In this document: positions 33,301 to 46,852 of the stretch, piece after piece
Numbering within the stretch: position 1 is the first letter of the stretch
Layout: each line of letters begins with the position of its first letter
DNA from: Felis catus
Taxonomy: Eukaryota
Direction of reading: 5' to 3'
DNA length: 64,000 nt
NCBI RefSeq assembly: GCF_018350175.1
Contig: NC_058383.1
Span: forward strand, 9,302,001-9,366,000
The notes under the pieces: generated by a model
Seen by the model: only the letters and a program-made list of their open reading frames with translations
What the model was told of the DNA's origin: nothing
The model's database searches: none
Position numbers and translations under genes: made by a program

Positions 33301-36300
33301 GCCGGGCTGGGGGCTGGAGCCTCGCCTGCCATTCCCATCGATCCAGATGCGCCTCCCGTTGCTAGGCAACAGCCTCCAGTCTCTCCTGGTCCTTCCTCCC
33401 CCAGGGGCTGCAGGATCGGGCAGTAAGGGGAGAAGAGAGACCCCACATTTGTTCTCCAGGTCTTCCCTTACCAAGCTAGAGATCTCTGTCAAAAAGCCCT
33501 TCTCTTACCCAGGAAGCCACCCCCCTCATCATGACAGGTTGACCCTCCTGCAAAAATGGACCCCTTTCTCCCCCCACATTTGTATTCATCTCCAGAATAC
33601 TCGAAATTCACACCTCCTGTGCTCCACATACACACTCTCTCAGGAAGACAGGCCAGGGATCCTCGAGAGGAGAAGGGACACTCAAGGGGTCAGCGAAAAA
33701 GTCAAGGCTACCAACTTCCAGCCCAGCGCTGCACTAGATGTGGGAGCCATTTAATCTTAAGAGAACGACTCTGAAGACAAATTCACACTCCCAGTTTTGA
33801 GTGGGTTGGCATTTTTTTTCTTTTTCCAAAACGTAGGATGCATTTCATAGTAGTTTTTTCTTTTTTGTTTCAAGTGCTATAATTTAAAACTGTAAGTTGT
33901 GTTTTAAAACAGGCACAAAAATGTACTGTGGGTTTTGGGGGCTGTAATTGACTAAATAATACAAATCTGATCATTTTATCACATTTAATATTGTGCACAT
34001 TTCATCTACCCTATCCTGCTCATCTGTCCTTTTTTTCCTTTAACTGAATACATGCATGCCATCCCGCAGTTGTTCTGTGGTGACCTACTTATATCATGGC
34101 TTATTTAGGATTTTAAGGTCTCTCCCCCTTCCGAGGTCTTTAGAGCCCTTAGGGATGGAAAGCATCTCCCTTTTCCCTCTGGTCCCTCATCAGACCTTTT
34201 TTTTTTTAACGCAAGTGAGGGGCAGGAAGAGGGATGCACTTCCTGAAGTATAAAGAGCCAGACTTAGGAGTTCACGGGCTCAGCCCTGAGAGCCACAGTC
34301 CTGGTGCCATTGGTCCTGCCACGGCCTGCCACCTGCTCCCCCAGCTCTGCGGCACTGTGACAGCTCCTTGCTGCCTCCCCTGCTCAGCCCCAGTCACACA
34401 CGTCAACTCTGAGAGGCACAGCTTTCCAGGGTCCTTGACAAATGGTAGCCAATTAATGTCAATTAATCTGATTAGCCTAAATAGTTAATTAAGCAGTTAA
34501 TTAACAACATCATTGACAATAACCTACGGCTCCTGAGGGATTGTGGGTGGGAGGCAGGAATGGTGGGGGGCTCTCCTTGCTCCAGGAAGGGGTGAGTCCC
34601 TTAAGGTCAGGTTGGGCGGGGGCGGCTCGTGCAGCTGTAGCCTCTCCAAGTCTCACCTTGCTCTGCCATCAGCCCCAGAATGTTCGTCAGGGCCTCGTCT
34701 GATCCCACCCCAGTAACATGCCCTCCCCTGCTCCCTGGCCAGGATTGACTTATGTGGGAGAGGCCACACCTCAGCACAGCAGAGGAGGGAGAGAGGCCTA
34801 TTGTCTGGAAGACTGTTCCACTCTAAAATCGCAGAGAGGAGTCCTTGCCTCTGCTGCCACCACACCCGCTCCAGACTGGGCACCTCGCTGCTTCGACCCC
34901 TGTCGGGGCCATGGACTTCCCCGAGCTGCAGAGTAGCCCTGGAAGGGACTCGTCATCCTTAAGCCCATCCTTCAGATGTGGAAACCGAACACCTCCCATA
35001 TGCCAGACCCCGTGTTCGCACCCGGGACCTACAACGGTGAGTAATGCAGAGAGCCCTCAGAGAGCTCCTGGGGTACCATCAAATGGTGCAGCCTCTTTGT
35101 TCCTGCCATGTCTTAGCTGGGCGATGTTGGTGACCTTGTTAACCTCTCTGTGCCTCAGTATCCCCTGCTGTGACCTGGCTACCTCATAGGATATTTTGAG
35201 GACTGAGTGGGAAATGCCAAATGAGTGTTCACGGTGACTAAATGACCCGCCAGGACAGAATGTAAAAGGGGCCGAGAAGGAAGTAGCATGGGACACTCGG
35301 GAGCACATGGAGGGAGGAGAGTTTGGAACAAGGTATTGTCCAGAAGACTTGTGAGCAGAGGCTGAAATTCGAAGAGGTAGAAGAAGAGGGAGGAAGGGCA
35401 TCCAGGCAAAGGCAACAGCATATGCGAAGTGATAAGGCGCTGGTTTTCAACTCTAGCATGGACAGTCACCTGGGAGCTTTAAAAAACTGCAGACCCCCAG
35501 GCCCCACACACAGATTCTGAATCCATCATTTTGGGTGGGTCCCAGGAATCTGCTTTCCACGGACTGTTCTAGAAATCCGGAGGCGGGTACTCTACGCCTA
35601 GAGACCATGGCTGCAGTGGTTCTGAGTGTCCCAGGTTGGGAGGAGCTGAGCTACAGTAGGAGAGGCCCCTGGCCATGTGACCCGTGTCCTGAAAACACAC
35701 CGCAGGCCCCCAGTTCTCTCCATCTGTTCAAATCATGCTTGCCCTTCAGTGGTGACCTTCCCGAAACAGCTCTGGCCTTTCGCTTACCTGCTGGAAACAT
35801 CCCATGGTTTCTCTGCTGCCCACAGGAGAAAGGCTAGGCTCCCCGGACCGGCACTGTGGCCCTTCGTGAGGCCTCCCTCCCCAGCCTGGGTCCAGACCCC
35901 GACTCTCCAGCCATGCCGTTCCCCAAGTGCCTGGTGTTCCCTCCATATCTCTGCACATGCTGTTCCCTCTGCCAAAAATGCCTTCCCCTCTCCCCCTCTC
36001 CCTGGCAAACCTGGACTCCTCTTAGCAAGTCCATCTGTGAAGCTGGCCCCAAAGTCCACTGGGCAGGCAACCTCCCCCACCGCCAGGGCCCTAGCTGTCC
36101 TTGGAATGCTCCCCCCTTAACCCATATTCTGTGTCAAAACATTCACCAGTTTATGGGCCTTGTTCCCCACCAGGCTGGGGAATGCTCCTCCCTTTCTCCA
36201 GTGCCTAGCACAGAATTTGGGGATGACAATGATAATTGAGCTTTTAAGGTGAGAGGAGCTGCTGAGCAAAAGTTTGATGAACGAATGAGTGATTGAATGA

Positions 36301-39300
36301 ATGAGCGAATGATCCTCTCTGCTTTCTGATACATGAAGAGCAGGGGGACAGAGGGAGAGAGAATTTGGAGGCAGAGAAGAGAGATGTTCTGGGGACACTA
36401 AAGGATGGCTCACAAAGACCAATAAGCATGTGTCAGGCCCAGACAGGGAGGGGGGACAGGGCTGCCTGGAGGCAGGACCTGCTGGGTGTCCTAGCTTCCT
36501 TCCCGTCCCAGAAGTCCCCAGAAGTGGCACCCTGTTGGGAGAAGGGGTGGCTCAGCTCCTCTCCCAGCCCTGAAGCCCGCTCCCCCAGCCTGGGGTTCTC
36601 TGTTTGATCCCGAGGGCTGTGCCAGCAGCTGGGGCTGGGTGCGGGGACAGGCTGCCCACCCCATTCTAGCCCTGCCCCTGGCCCATGGGTCTTTCTTCCT
36701 CCCTGAATGAGTCTAGCCTGGTGCACGTGCACGTACACATACATGTCAAATCTCCCAGAGGCGTGTCTCCGGTACCTGTCCGCTTTGCAGTCACCTCCCC
36801 CCAACGCCCAGCCTCTTTGTCCTCTTTCCATCCTTCCCTCCACCCCAGTGCAGCCAGAGTGGGCTTCCTAAAGGGCAGATCTGACCAGTTCATGACAATG
36901 CTACAAAGCCTCCCATGACTTCTGTTGCTTTCCAAATAAATCCTCTGCTCTTACAGTGGTTCCTAAGGTATTTCTCGACCTGGCTGGGACTTCTTCACTC
37001 CCCGCTGGGCTGCCCTCCGCCGTTTATTCTCAGGCATTCCCTGTGTGCTACGGCTGCATTAGATTATTCACCAGGACTTTTCATACCTTTGTGCCTATGC
37101 TGTTCTCTGGGTGTCATGCCCCAGCCTTCTCTGTCTGGCACCTTCCCTGTCATTCTTGAAAGCCCAACGTAAATGCCCCCCTCCCAGAAGCCTCCTCTGG
37201 CTGCCCACATCACCATGGTCATCTTAGCCTTGGCAGAACCTCAACAGGTCGTCAATGTCAGTTCCCTCATGCCTGCCTTTCCCACTAGTCAGGGAGTTCC
37301 TCAGGTTCAGGGTTGGTGTCTGGTTCACCTGTGTCCTCAGTGCTCAGACCGGACCCAGAAAATAGGAGGCACTCAGTAGATCTTGCCCGTGTGGTCTCAC
37401 ACTCAGATGATGGCCACTGAGCGCACTGGGTTTAATCCTTTCCTGAGTCACTTCTTATAGCACACTTGGGGGCAGGTAGCATTACGTCCATTTTACAAGG
37501 GAGGAAACAGATGTGGTCGTGGAGGTTGGGGCCCAAATGAGATCAGAGTCCAGAAGACTGGCAATCGCCTAAGCTTTCTTCTTAGGTCTTGTTGGATTCA
37601 GGTTCTCACCTTTCCTGGGGGATGTATGACCCTCACATGCTCCTCTTTTCCCCTTAGCAGCTCTGGCCTTCCCCACCTTGGTCCCGGGCTGACTGTCACA
37701 GGGCCCAAAGCCATCCTCACCAAGGGAAACCCACAGCCAGCAGACTCCAAAGGTGTGCTCCACCTAAGAGGGAAGGGGGGGTGGTGGTGGAAGGTTCTCC
37801 CCACAGGTCTCCCGGGCTCCCTTGGGAAGTGGCTCTTCCCATGTCCAGCCTTCAAATGGCCACTAAAAGCCAGCTTTTTAAAGAATCTTTAAAGACATCA
37901 GAGGATTCTCATGATAGAGTGAAAAATGGGATGCTGGCTTCCCTCAGCAGTGTGCTCCCGGTTTTTAAACTCTATGTATCTATGAACACATGGACAAAAT
38001 CCTGGAAAAAATACCCTCCCCCCGCCCCCCACCTTCTGATGTTCACGGTGGCTATCTCTGGGTGGTGGGACTACAGATGATTTCCATTTTCTCCTTGGCT
38101 TCTCTACTTCTCAGGTCGTCTCGCACAAGGAAGGTGTACTATGTTTAGAATCACAAGAATCCAATGAAACTTGCTTTTATCTACCTGTCTCCATCCCGGG
38201 GAGTTTGGGGGGATGGTGGTGGGGATGGAGCTCAGTATGGGAGGGGTCTCGGAGCCACAGGCCATACTCAAAGCTAGGAATAAAATAGATAGGCCAAGAG
38301 CTCCCCAGCTCAGTGAGCTGCCTGCACCCCGGGGTTCGATTCACTGGGCCCAGACCGCCTCATAGGCCTCAAAGACCCCGGCAAGATGCTAAGGGAAGTA
38401 TGCTCTGCCTGCCAGCTCCAGCTGGCACAGAAGCCTCTGCGGTGGGCAAGAGGCCAGGCTGGGGGCGGCAGGAGGCTGAGGCCAGGCTGAGTGCCCAGGA
38501 AGCAGTGCCGCAGGTGGATGGGCTGGCGGCTTTTGGCTGGGGACAGGGGTGTCCCTGGGGGTCGGGGGCTGCTCTGAAGCCAAAGCACACATGGCCACTG
38601 TGGCCTTTCTCCCAGGCCAAGGGCCAGCTTGGGTAGCCTGGACCTGGTCACTTGCCCAGGCCCCCTGAGCCCCCCATTCTGGATGACATGGAGTCAACAG
38701 GGCTTGGCCTCTAGGGGTGGAGCTGTCACCCTCCTGTGCTCGTGACCCAGAAGAAGGAGAAGGGGCAGAACCCAGAGGTGTCAGCAGGCACCAAAGCCAC
38801 AGTGAAAAACCTAGCCTGGGCCAGGCTGGGGTCTATAACTGTTGGTGATGAGCCTGTCATAAGCCCCCTCAGCTCCTTTGGGCCTCCTACCTTCTCACTG
38901 ACCTCTTCCCCCCCACCCCCACCATAGAGCAGCCCACCCCCCTTCCTCTCTGTACCCACTCTGAGTGCCCTCTCTGATCCTCCCACCTCTCTGAGCCCCT
39001 GACCTTTCTGCTGGGCCCAGGTGGGTGTTAGAATTGAGAAGGAACTTTTCCCTTTCTTGCCTGGCTTTCCCTCCCCACTCGGACTGGACTAGTCACCAGG
39101 CAGACTCACTCCCTCTACAGGGCCCTGCATCCTCTCTTTAGAGCATCAGCTGCAAAATCCCTCCCTCTCCCCACGACACCATGAATAAGCCTCAAGCACT
39201 GCACTCCTGCTGCTTCCGTGGATTTGGGGCCTGTGTATGTGTGTCCTGGAAGCCTCCTAGAGTCTGGTGAACAACTCTGGGGGGCGTGTGGAGGGCACCT

Positions 39301-42259
39301 TCAGTGTCCCTGCAGGTCACCTCAAGTCCTGGGCCAGGAAGGCTAAATCCTGGCTCAGCCAAAGAATCTGGGGTCTCCAGGTAAGCCACTGGGCCTCTCC
39401 AAGCTTTGTTCCCCCCCTTTAGTTAAGACCCCAAGTTCGTAGCTGGGAGGGACAGGTGAATTTTAAATCTCAGCTCCAACTAATAACTCAAACCTTGAAA
39501 CACTTGGCGGTGACTTCTATCTCTGCCAATAGAACCATGGGCTTCCCGACACACAGATTTATAGGGCAGAGAGATCTTAAAATCGTCACGATGGCAGGGC
39601 TTTCGGGGGGTCATTCGGTCAAACCCCATCATTTTATGGCTGAGGACACCAAGGCCCAGAGACAGGAAGGGACCTGCTCAAGGTCACACAAGCAGCCAGG
39701 GTCAGAGATGGGCCCAGAAGGAAGGTCCTTGGGATCCTGTCCCAGAGCCCTTCAGATGCCTGTGCCACACACCTCCTCCCACCTCCCGCCGGCCCACAGT
39801 GCCCTGGTTGACCCTCACTCAGGAGAGCCTGGGGAATTGAGGACAGAGTGATGTTGTGGAAGCCTCGCTGGGCCCCTGCGGCAGTGGGTGTGGGCTGCAC
39901 CAAGACCTTGCTCTGTGACCTTGGGAAAGTCACATCACTTCCAGGCCCGGTTTTGCTCCTCTGTGAAAGGGATCAAGGCCACCTTTGATACCGGGTTACG
40001 TGAGGATGAAGTGAAGCAACGTACATGAAGTGACAGGTCCATGGCAGGGGCTCAGAATATGGGAAGGAGTCAAGGGAGAGGGTGAGTTCCCCTCATCTCT
40101 TTAGCAGAACCCCTGATGGCTGCTGGGACAGGAGGAGCCTTGATTCTGCCCCTGGGGCAGCAAGCAGTGGGCGGAGGAAGAGAAAAGTCAGCAGGGGAGG
40201 CTGACCCCAGCAGTACTAGCAGTGGCTTGTGACCATGGCCCCATCTCGGTGGGGGGGCGGGGGGGGGCTAACCGCTCAGAAAGGAACAGGCAGTCACTGG
40301 CTTGCTGAGGTCAGCAAGAGGCTGGCAGGCAGAGGAGGTGAGAAGTGGATACGGCAGTGAGCAGTTGGGCCTGCCAGACCCAGACTCCCCCTCTGGCAGG
40401 CGTGACAGTGGCAGGGGTGCGTTGTGGTGGGGGCACGCAGCTGGCCAGTTCAAAGCACATTCTACCTCCAAATATCCCAGTGACCTTGGGGGAGTCAGCT
40501 CCTCACTGCACTGCACACCCTCACTCATATGCCTCAGGCTCCCCACCTGGAAAGCGGGCATCATGAATCAAGAAACTGGCATTTAAGTGGGCCTTGATAT
40601 CAAGGGGCTGGGACAGGTCATCAGCTGCACCCAGGGAAGACAGCTTGGGTGCTTCGTGACCTTGGGAAAGCTACTCGAGTCTCATTTCTCAGCTGTGAAA
40701 TAGGGACAGCGATGGCTTCCCTGAAGTTTTTGTGAGGATTGACTGAATCAACAGTAGCACTGTGCCAAGCGTGGAGCCTGCTCCAAGGCCCTCAGCCAGT
40801 GTCCCCCTCCTCTGGGAAGAGAAAGATGTGCTTCAAACAATGCTAAGAACTTTCCCACCTTTATCCAGCTCCTCCTTAAGAAATTCTTACTTGCATTCAA
40901 CTGACAAACACTCCCCCAGAATTTTACAGCCCCAAAGTAGTTTCTCAGTCCTTATCTGGATTATTTCTTGGAATAGCCAAGTAGACACTGTTAACATAAC
41001 ACCTGTTTTACAGATTAGGAAACGGGCTCCGAAAGGTTAAGTGGCTTACCTGAAGTCATGTAGCTTAGATTTGAACCCATGTCTCTCAGACTTCAGAGTC
41101 CATGACACCCTACCCACCTACCCCCCACCTCTTAAGATCCAATCAAGTCTTTATTCACCCTTCAAGAATTCCTCCTCCACCCCTCACAGGAGAGTGGGAT
41201 GGGGCATAAAGTTAAGGAACCAAAAAGCTGGTAATGTGTGGGAGCGATTTCCTAGCCAGCTTGGTCCTATTTCTGGCTGGGGGAGAATTTGGTACATGTC
41301 GGGGCCATGACCTTAAGATGCACAGAGAAACTCTCCAGCTCCTGCCCTGCTCTCCGCCTAAGTTCCTGCCTTTTCCCTTGACACAGGACAAAAGGCCAGC
41401 CCAGGCCCTCTGATGCCAGAAGTGGGCAAGTGAGTGTGGTCTTAGGGGAGTGAGAAGTCATGGCTGGGACAGAGCATAGGCATTGGAGTACCAGGCCAGA
41501 CCTGGGTGCCCTTCTTTCTCTACCCGCCAAACCCATCCCCACAATGGACCTGCTGCCAGGAGCAGGAACTGCAGGAAGCTTCAACACTGCCCAGGCAGGA
41601 GCCCTGGGAGGGGGGGTGGGGGGGAGAGGATGCAAGGCAGAGGCTGCGTCTCTTCTCTTATCTCTCCTTTTTACCAGGAATTTGCTCTGAGCTTGGGCCC
41701 ACTCGGAGCTTCAGAAACTCTCCCTGGGCATTCAGAGAGGCCACAGAGACCCCCCCCCCCCTAAACTCCTGGTGGCTATTTTCTCGTCTGTGCCCTCCAT
41801 CCTCTTCCCAGTGTGAGAGTAAATGCCATCCTGTGTGAGACCCAGTTCTCGTTGCCAGATCCTGCCTCCCTAGGGGCATTTGGGCAGCTGGGAAAGGGGC
41901 CAGGCTGTCCCCTATGCTGCCACCCCCTTCTGGACAGAAGCCCAGCATTCAGGTGGGGGCTTGCGCCTTCCACCCCTCCCAGTGACCAGCCTCTCCACAG
42001 GGTCCCTGCGTTAATCTCTCCCTTCCCTAGGGAGCGGGTCCTTCTCCTCAGCTGGGGGAGGGCAACTGGGCTGCAGCTGAGCGTCTCCCTAACATCCTCA
42101 TGGGCCAGGCCATGGCCATTTATGCCCAGGGGAGTCCTGCCCATGACCCCACAGGGTTCCCACTTTCTCCGTTCCTCTCAGTGAAATGCACAATGTTCCT
42201 CATCTCTGTTTCCCAGGTGCCTGGCACCCTCGATCAAACACTCTTGCAGTCCCCCAATC

Positions 42260-42750
42260 TACCATCTGCTCGCGGGCCTGCGGACCTCGAGCCCCTGTCC
42301 GACTGTGGAGGCCCGAGGTTCAACCCAGCCCCAGCCCCTCTGGGAAATGCCCCCGCCCCACTAGGGGCTCTCACCTCCCCGCTGGCCGCCGCGCTCCGCC
42401 GGGTGCTGAAGCCAGGCCCTCCGGCCCCGCTAGTCCCAGCTTCCTCCTCCGCTCGACTCGACAGGGCAGCTCCGCGGCCCCCACGGCCCCGCGCCCTCCG
42501 TCTCCCCGCGGGCGCCGCCGCCGCCGATTGCTGAAATGCTGGACAGCGCACCACCATGGAGGCGGTCTCCCTGCCCGCCTGCCGGCCAGAGCGGTCCGGC
42601 CTCCACAGCGCCCTCCGCAGGCCCGGAGGGCCCCCCACAGCGGAGGCCAGGGACTGGGCGTCCGGCTTGGACTCTCCTTCACCGTAGTTACATCAGGTCC
42701 AGTCCTTGCGGGTGGGAGCACTCCAGTCCCCAGAGTCGCCCGGGGCCAGG
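42260..42750. promoter_or_regulatory. CpG island, probable main SRRM3 promoter
   Basis: Dense CpG and GCC runs against a CpG-poor background; lies upstream of the first coding exon on the gene strand. Confidence 0.75.
42375..42540 (-). other. SRRM3: Probable SRRM3 non-coding exon 1 (5'UTR); TSS position approximate
   Basis: Lies in a CpG island. Strong donor GAG|gtgaga at 42375/42374, no ATG in the segment. SRRM3 orthologues have a non-coding exon 1 followed by a long intron (here ~21 kb). Confidence 0.7.
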
Positions 42751-45141
42751 GAGGTTATTAATTTGGAACTGGAAAAAGAACTCGGCATCCTGAATTCTCG
42801 CCAGGACACTGACTGAGCAGCTGGTGTCTAAGAGGGCCCTGGGATCCGGCCAGGAGATGTCCCAGGAGGCCCCTTTTATCGCGCATCCTGGTAGCTGGAC
42901 AGAGGCTGGGAAGGGTGGAGGGGGAGGGCCATCGTAACTGGTAGAGGAATTTGGGAATGGAATCGCTGGACCTTTGGTGGTGCTTGGTTGGGCGTCTGGA
43001 GTTGTGAGTCGAAGTCACCCTTTGGTTACTCTCTTCAAGACCTTGGGGTGGTTTGTCCGTCCTGCAGCTTCCACCTTTCTTTCTTTGACTGAACAGTGAG
43101 CCAGCTGAGTGCAGGAAATTCAGGGGTAGGGCAGGCTCCTGAAGAGGCTTTGGAATCCTGGAGACCTTTCTTTAGTGGAAGCCAGGAACGTGGAGGAGGC
43201 CTTTGCTTGGAACCCACTAGTGGTGTCCTGGTGGAAGCTTCCTGTCCCAGGCAACAGGGCTGGAAGTGCCAGAGCAGACTTGAGCGGCACCCAGACTAGG
43301 GTGAGGCAGGTGAGGCTCTTGGGGCGTAGGTTTTAAGAAGGCATGTATACGACCCTGAGAATCATCCCTGGATGGAGTGTATGTTTGTTGTAAGTCTGTG
43401 CAGGTCTATGTGCATGTGTGCCCAATCTGTCTATGTGTGTGTCTGTTTGTGCCCTCCTCCCTTCCCCACTCTCCCAAGTTTCTTCATCCACATGGGTCTT
43501 TGGAGTGTGTTTGAATGATTGCATCCTGGCACTGCAGGCCCATTCCAGTCTGCAGAACAAAGCTTGGGGTCGGGGAGAGGAGCTACAGCTGCTTTTGTCA
43601 TTACCACAGACCCATGGCCCCAGGGGCAAGTCCTCTGCTGGTCTCCTGCCTTCTGGCTGCATGAATATTTCATCTGCTGGGGCCTTGGGCTGGCCTAGCA
43701 CCAGTGTGCTCCCTCTTCCTGCCCCCTTTGCCTGGCTGGGCCTCCCAAAGCAGAGTAGGCTGTAGACAGATCAAGGGCTGGGAGAGGGCCCCTGAAGGGC
43801 CCACAGGCCTGGCCTTGCCTGGGGAGCCATGGCTGAGTGTACAGAGGGGGAGTAGGCGAGGCCAGAGGTGGTGCAGGGCTGGGGCATCCTCAGAGAGAAG
43901 CTTGTTCCTTTGATGAAATCAAGTTGGCTTTATGAAACCTCACCACACTGATTTGGTTCCTGACCAGCCCTGGCCTAAACCTCAACTGTTTGGGACTAGT
44001 GTCTGGGAACACCTTGCCCTAGCTGGGCACCCTTCCTCCTGCCCTCCCCTCAGCTGCCTCTGCAGACACTGCCCCCCTGGCTTCACAGTGGGAGGTACTT
44101 CAGGACAAAAGGGGAGGGGGGCCTGCAGCTGGCTCAAGCTAGCCTCCCCAGCTCCCTTAGGCCCTCTATTCTACCAGACCTGGGATTCGCAAACCCTGGA
44201 CACCTGGGTAGCCCCTCAGCCCCAGGAGCCCCCTCATGCCTTGTACTCCTTTGCCCTGCCTCCGAGGACTAAGCCTTTACCTTGGGCTCTCTACCAGCCA
44301 GCTAATTTTCCAGAAAGGGCTCCTTCCCTTGTATTCATTTCAACAAACGGCATCACCATCTGTGCTGGTTTTTCTCCATTTGCCCCTCTGGGTCCATTTT
44401 GCTCCCTTCTCTGCCCTCCTCCAGGCCTTGGGAGGTTGACCTCTGCAGACCGATTACCCAGGTTCCCTTGCCCTTGACTACTGATTGGGTTCATTCAAGG
44501 GGAAGTGTCACCAGGAGAATGAAGAACAGGAGGAGGGAGAAGCTAGGTATTTATTCCCCTACTGAGTTCTTCTCTAGCTCTGGTCCAGTGGCTCTTTGTC
44601 CACAGCTCCAGGGCTCCTGGCCAGGCTCTGGCATTGTTACCTCCCTGTGGCACATCAGGCCTACTGGGGGTGGCTCCTACCGCTATGAATCTGGGTGCTC
44701 TTCTGTCCTTGTTGGCTTGTTCTGATATCCCCACCTGCAGCTCTGTGCACTGTCCCTTTATTACACTCTCTTCAGTTAAGACTTTGGAGGTGCTGCCTAC
44801 TCCATTCTGGGTCCCTGCTCCACTCACTTCTACACCCCCACCCCCAAGCCCAGCCTCCGAGTCAGAGCCCTGTGAGGCCTCCAGCCCTCCCTCTGGTTCC
44901 CCTTCTCCCTGCAGACCTTCCACCTCCTGGAACTGCCTTCTTCACCTCCATGGTGTCTGCCTGGCCCAGGTCCCGGACCCCCGTCTCGTGCCCACCCTTC
45001 CCCATTCTCTCTCCCCTGGAACATACATCTCTACTTGAATCGCACTTGACCAATGAACCCTTCAAAGACCTCCCCGTATAGAATAGCATCTCCCTGCCCA
45101 GCACTCTTTTCCCCTCTGACCCTCCTTTAAAAAAAATTATT

Positions 45142-45349
45142 GGGCGCCTGGGTGGCTCAGTCGGTTGTGTCTGACTCTTGATTTTGGCTCAGGTCATGAT
45201 CTCCGGTTCGTGAGATCGAGCCCTACATTGAGCTCCGCGCTGACAGCATGGAGCCTGCCTGCGATTCTCTGTCTCCCTCTTTCTCTGCCCCTCTCCTGCT
45301 AGCCTGCATGCTCCCTCTCTCTCTCAAAATAAGGAAACTTAAAAAAAAA
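45142..45349 (+). mobile_element. CAN-SINE
   Basis: gggcgcctgggtggctcagtcggtt head through A-tail. Confidence 0.93.
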
Positions 45350-46350
45350 TGTTGTGGTAAAATATATGACATAAAATTTACCATTTAACCATTTCAAGTG
45401 CACGGTTCAGTGGCATCAGGTACGTCCACATGCTGTACAGGCATCACCCAAATCCAGACTGGGACCCTGTACACAAGAAACATTAACTCCCTGTCTCCTC
45501 TCCCCTCAGTGCCCTGGCACCTGCCACTCTACTGTTGTTCTCTGTGAATGTGTCTCCTTTGGGAACCTCATATAAGAGGAATCATATAGCGTGTGCCCTT
45601 TTGTGTCTGGCTTGTTTCACTTAATATCATGTCATCAAGTTTCATCCATGTTGTAGCAGGTGTAGGAATGTCCTTCCTTTTATTTTTTAAAAAAATTTTT
45701 TAACGTTTTTATTTATTTTTGAGATAGGGAGAGACAGAGCATGAACAGGGGAGGGTCAGAGAGAGGGAGACACAGAATCTGAAACAGGCTCCAGGCTCTG
45801 AACTGTCAGCACAGAGCCCGACGCGGGGCTCGAACTCACGGACCGCGAGATCATGACCTGAGCTGGTGTCGGCCGCTTAACCGACTGAGCCACCCAGGCG
45901 CCCCTTCCTTTTATTTTTTTTTTTAATACTTTTTAAAATGCTCATTTATTTTTCAGAGAGAGGAGGGGAGGGGCAGAGAGAGAGGCAGGCAGAAGATCCG
46001 AAACAGATCTGTGCTGAGAGCAGAGAGCCCAATGTGGGGCTCAAACTCATGAACCGTGAGATCATGACCTGAGCTGAAATCGGACGCTTAATCAACTGAG
46101 CCACCCAGGCGCCCCAGAATGTCCTTCCTTTTTAAGGCTGAATACTATTTTATGGTAGATAGAGTGTATTTTGTTTCTCCATCCATCCATCAATGGACAT
46201 TTGGGTTGTTTCCACTTTTTGGCTATTGTGAGTGATGCTGCTGTGAACATCAGTGTATAAATATCTGGTTGAGTCCCTGCTTTCAGTTCTTTTGGGCACA
46301 TCGCCAGAAGTGGAATGACTGGATTACATGGTAGTTCCATGTTTGATTTT
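45350..46350 (-). mobile_element. L1M (L1MB-like) 3' end interrupted by two CAN-SINEs (45681-45904, 45908-46115)
   Basis: taaaatttaccatttaacc; tttgtgtctggcttgtttcactt; caatggacatttgggttgtttccac. TSD aatgtccttcctttt flanks the SINE pair. Confidence 0.88.
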
Positions 46351-46466
46351 TTTTAATGTTCATTCATTTTTGAGAGAGAGAGAGAGAGAGCGCGCGCAGG
46401 GGAAGGGCAGAGAGGGAGGGAGACCCAGAATCTAAAGCAGGCTCCGGGCTCTGAGCTGTCAGTACA
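46347..46466 (-). mobile_element. Partial CAN-SINE (3' half)
   Basis: T-tail, (GA)n, gcaggctccgggctctgagctgtcag, then truncated. Confidence 0.85.
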
Positions 46467-46852
46467 GCTGCCCTTTCTCTCTTACTCTGCTGTGCCTCTG
46501 CCACCCTCTTTCTGTGCCATCTTGTGTCTAGAGCACGAACTCCATGAAGGCAGGACCCGGTCATGCCTGTCTCTGCATCTCCCACACCAGCCACGGAAGG
46601 CGAGAGTCATTGCTTGTTGAATCGAGTTGTTTAGTTTTCTGTCTGCCTTCAAGCTGCTCTCTGTCTCCCCCCCCCCCACCCTTTTTTTAATTTTAATTTT
46701 AATTTTTTGCCTCTCTGCCCCTCAGTCTACTCTGCTCCTCTTTTCTCTGGCTCTGCCTTGTCCATTTATCTTTCTGTATGATATGATGTAGACTTGTACC
46801 TTGGGGCACTTGACCTTAGAGTTAGTCCCTCTCTTCTGGTGCCTCTTTCTCC

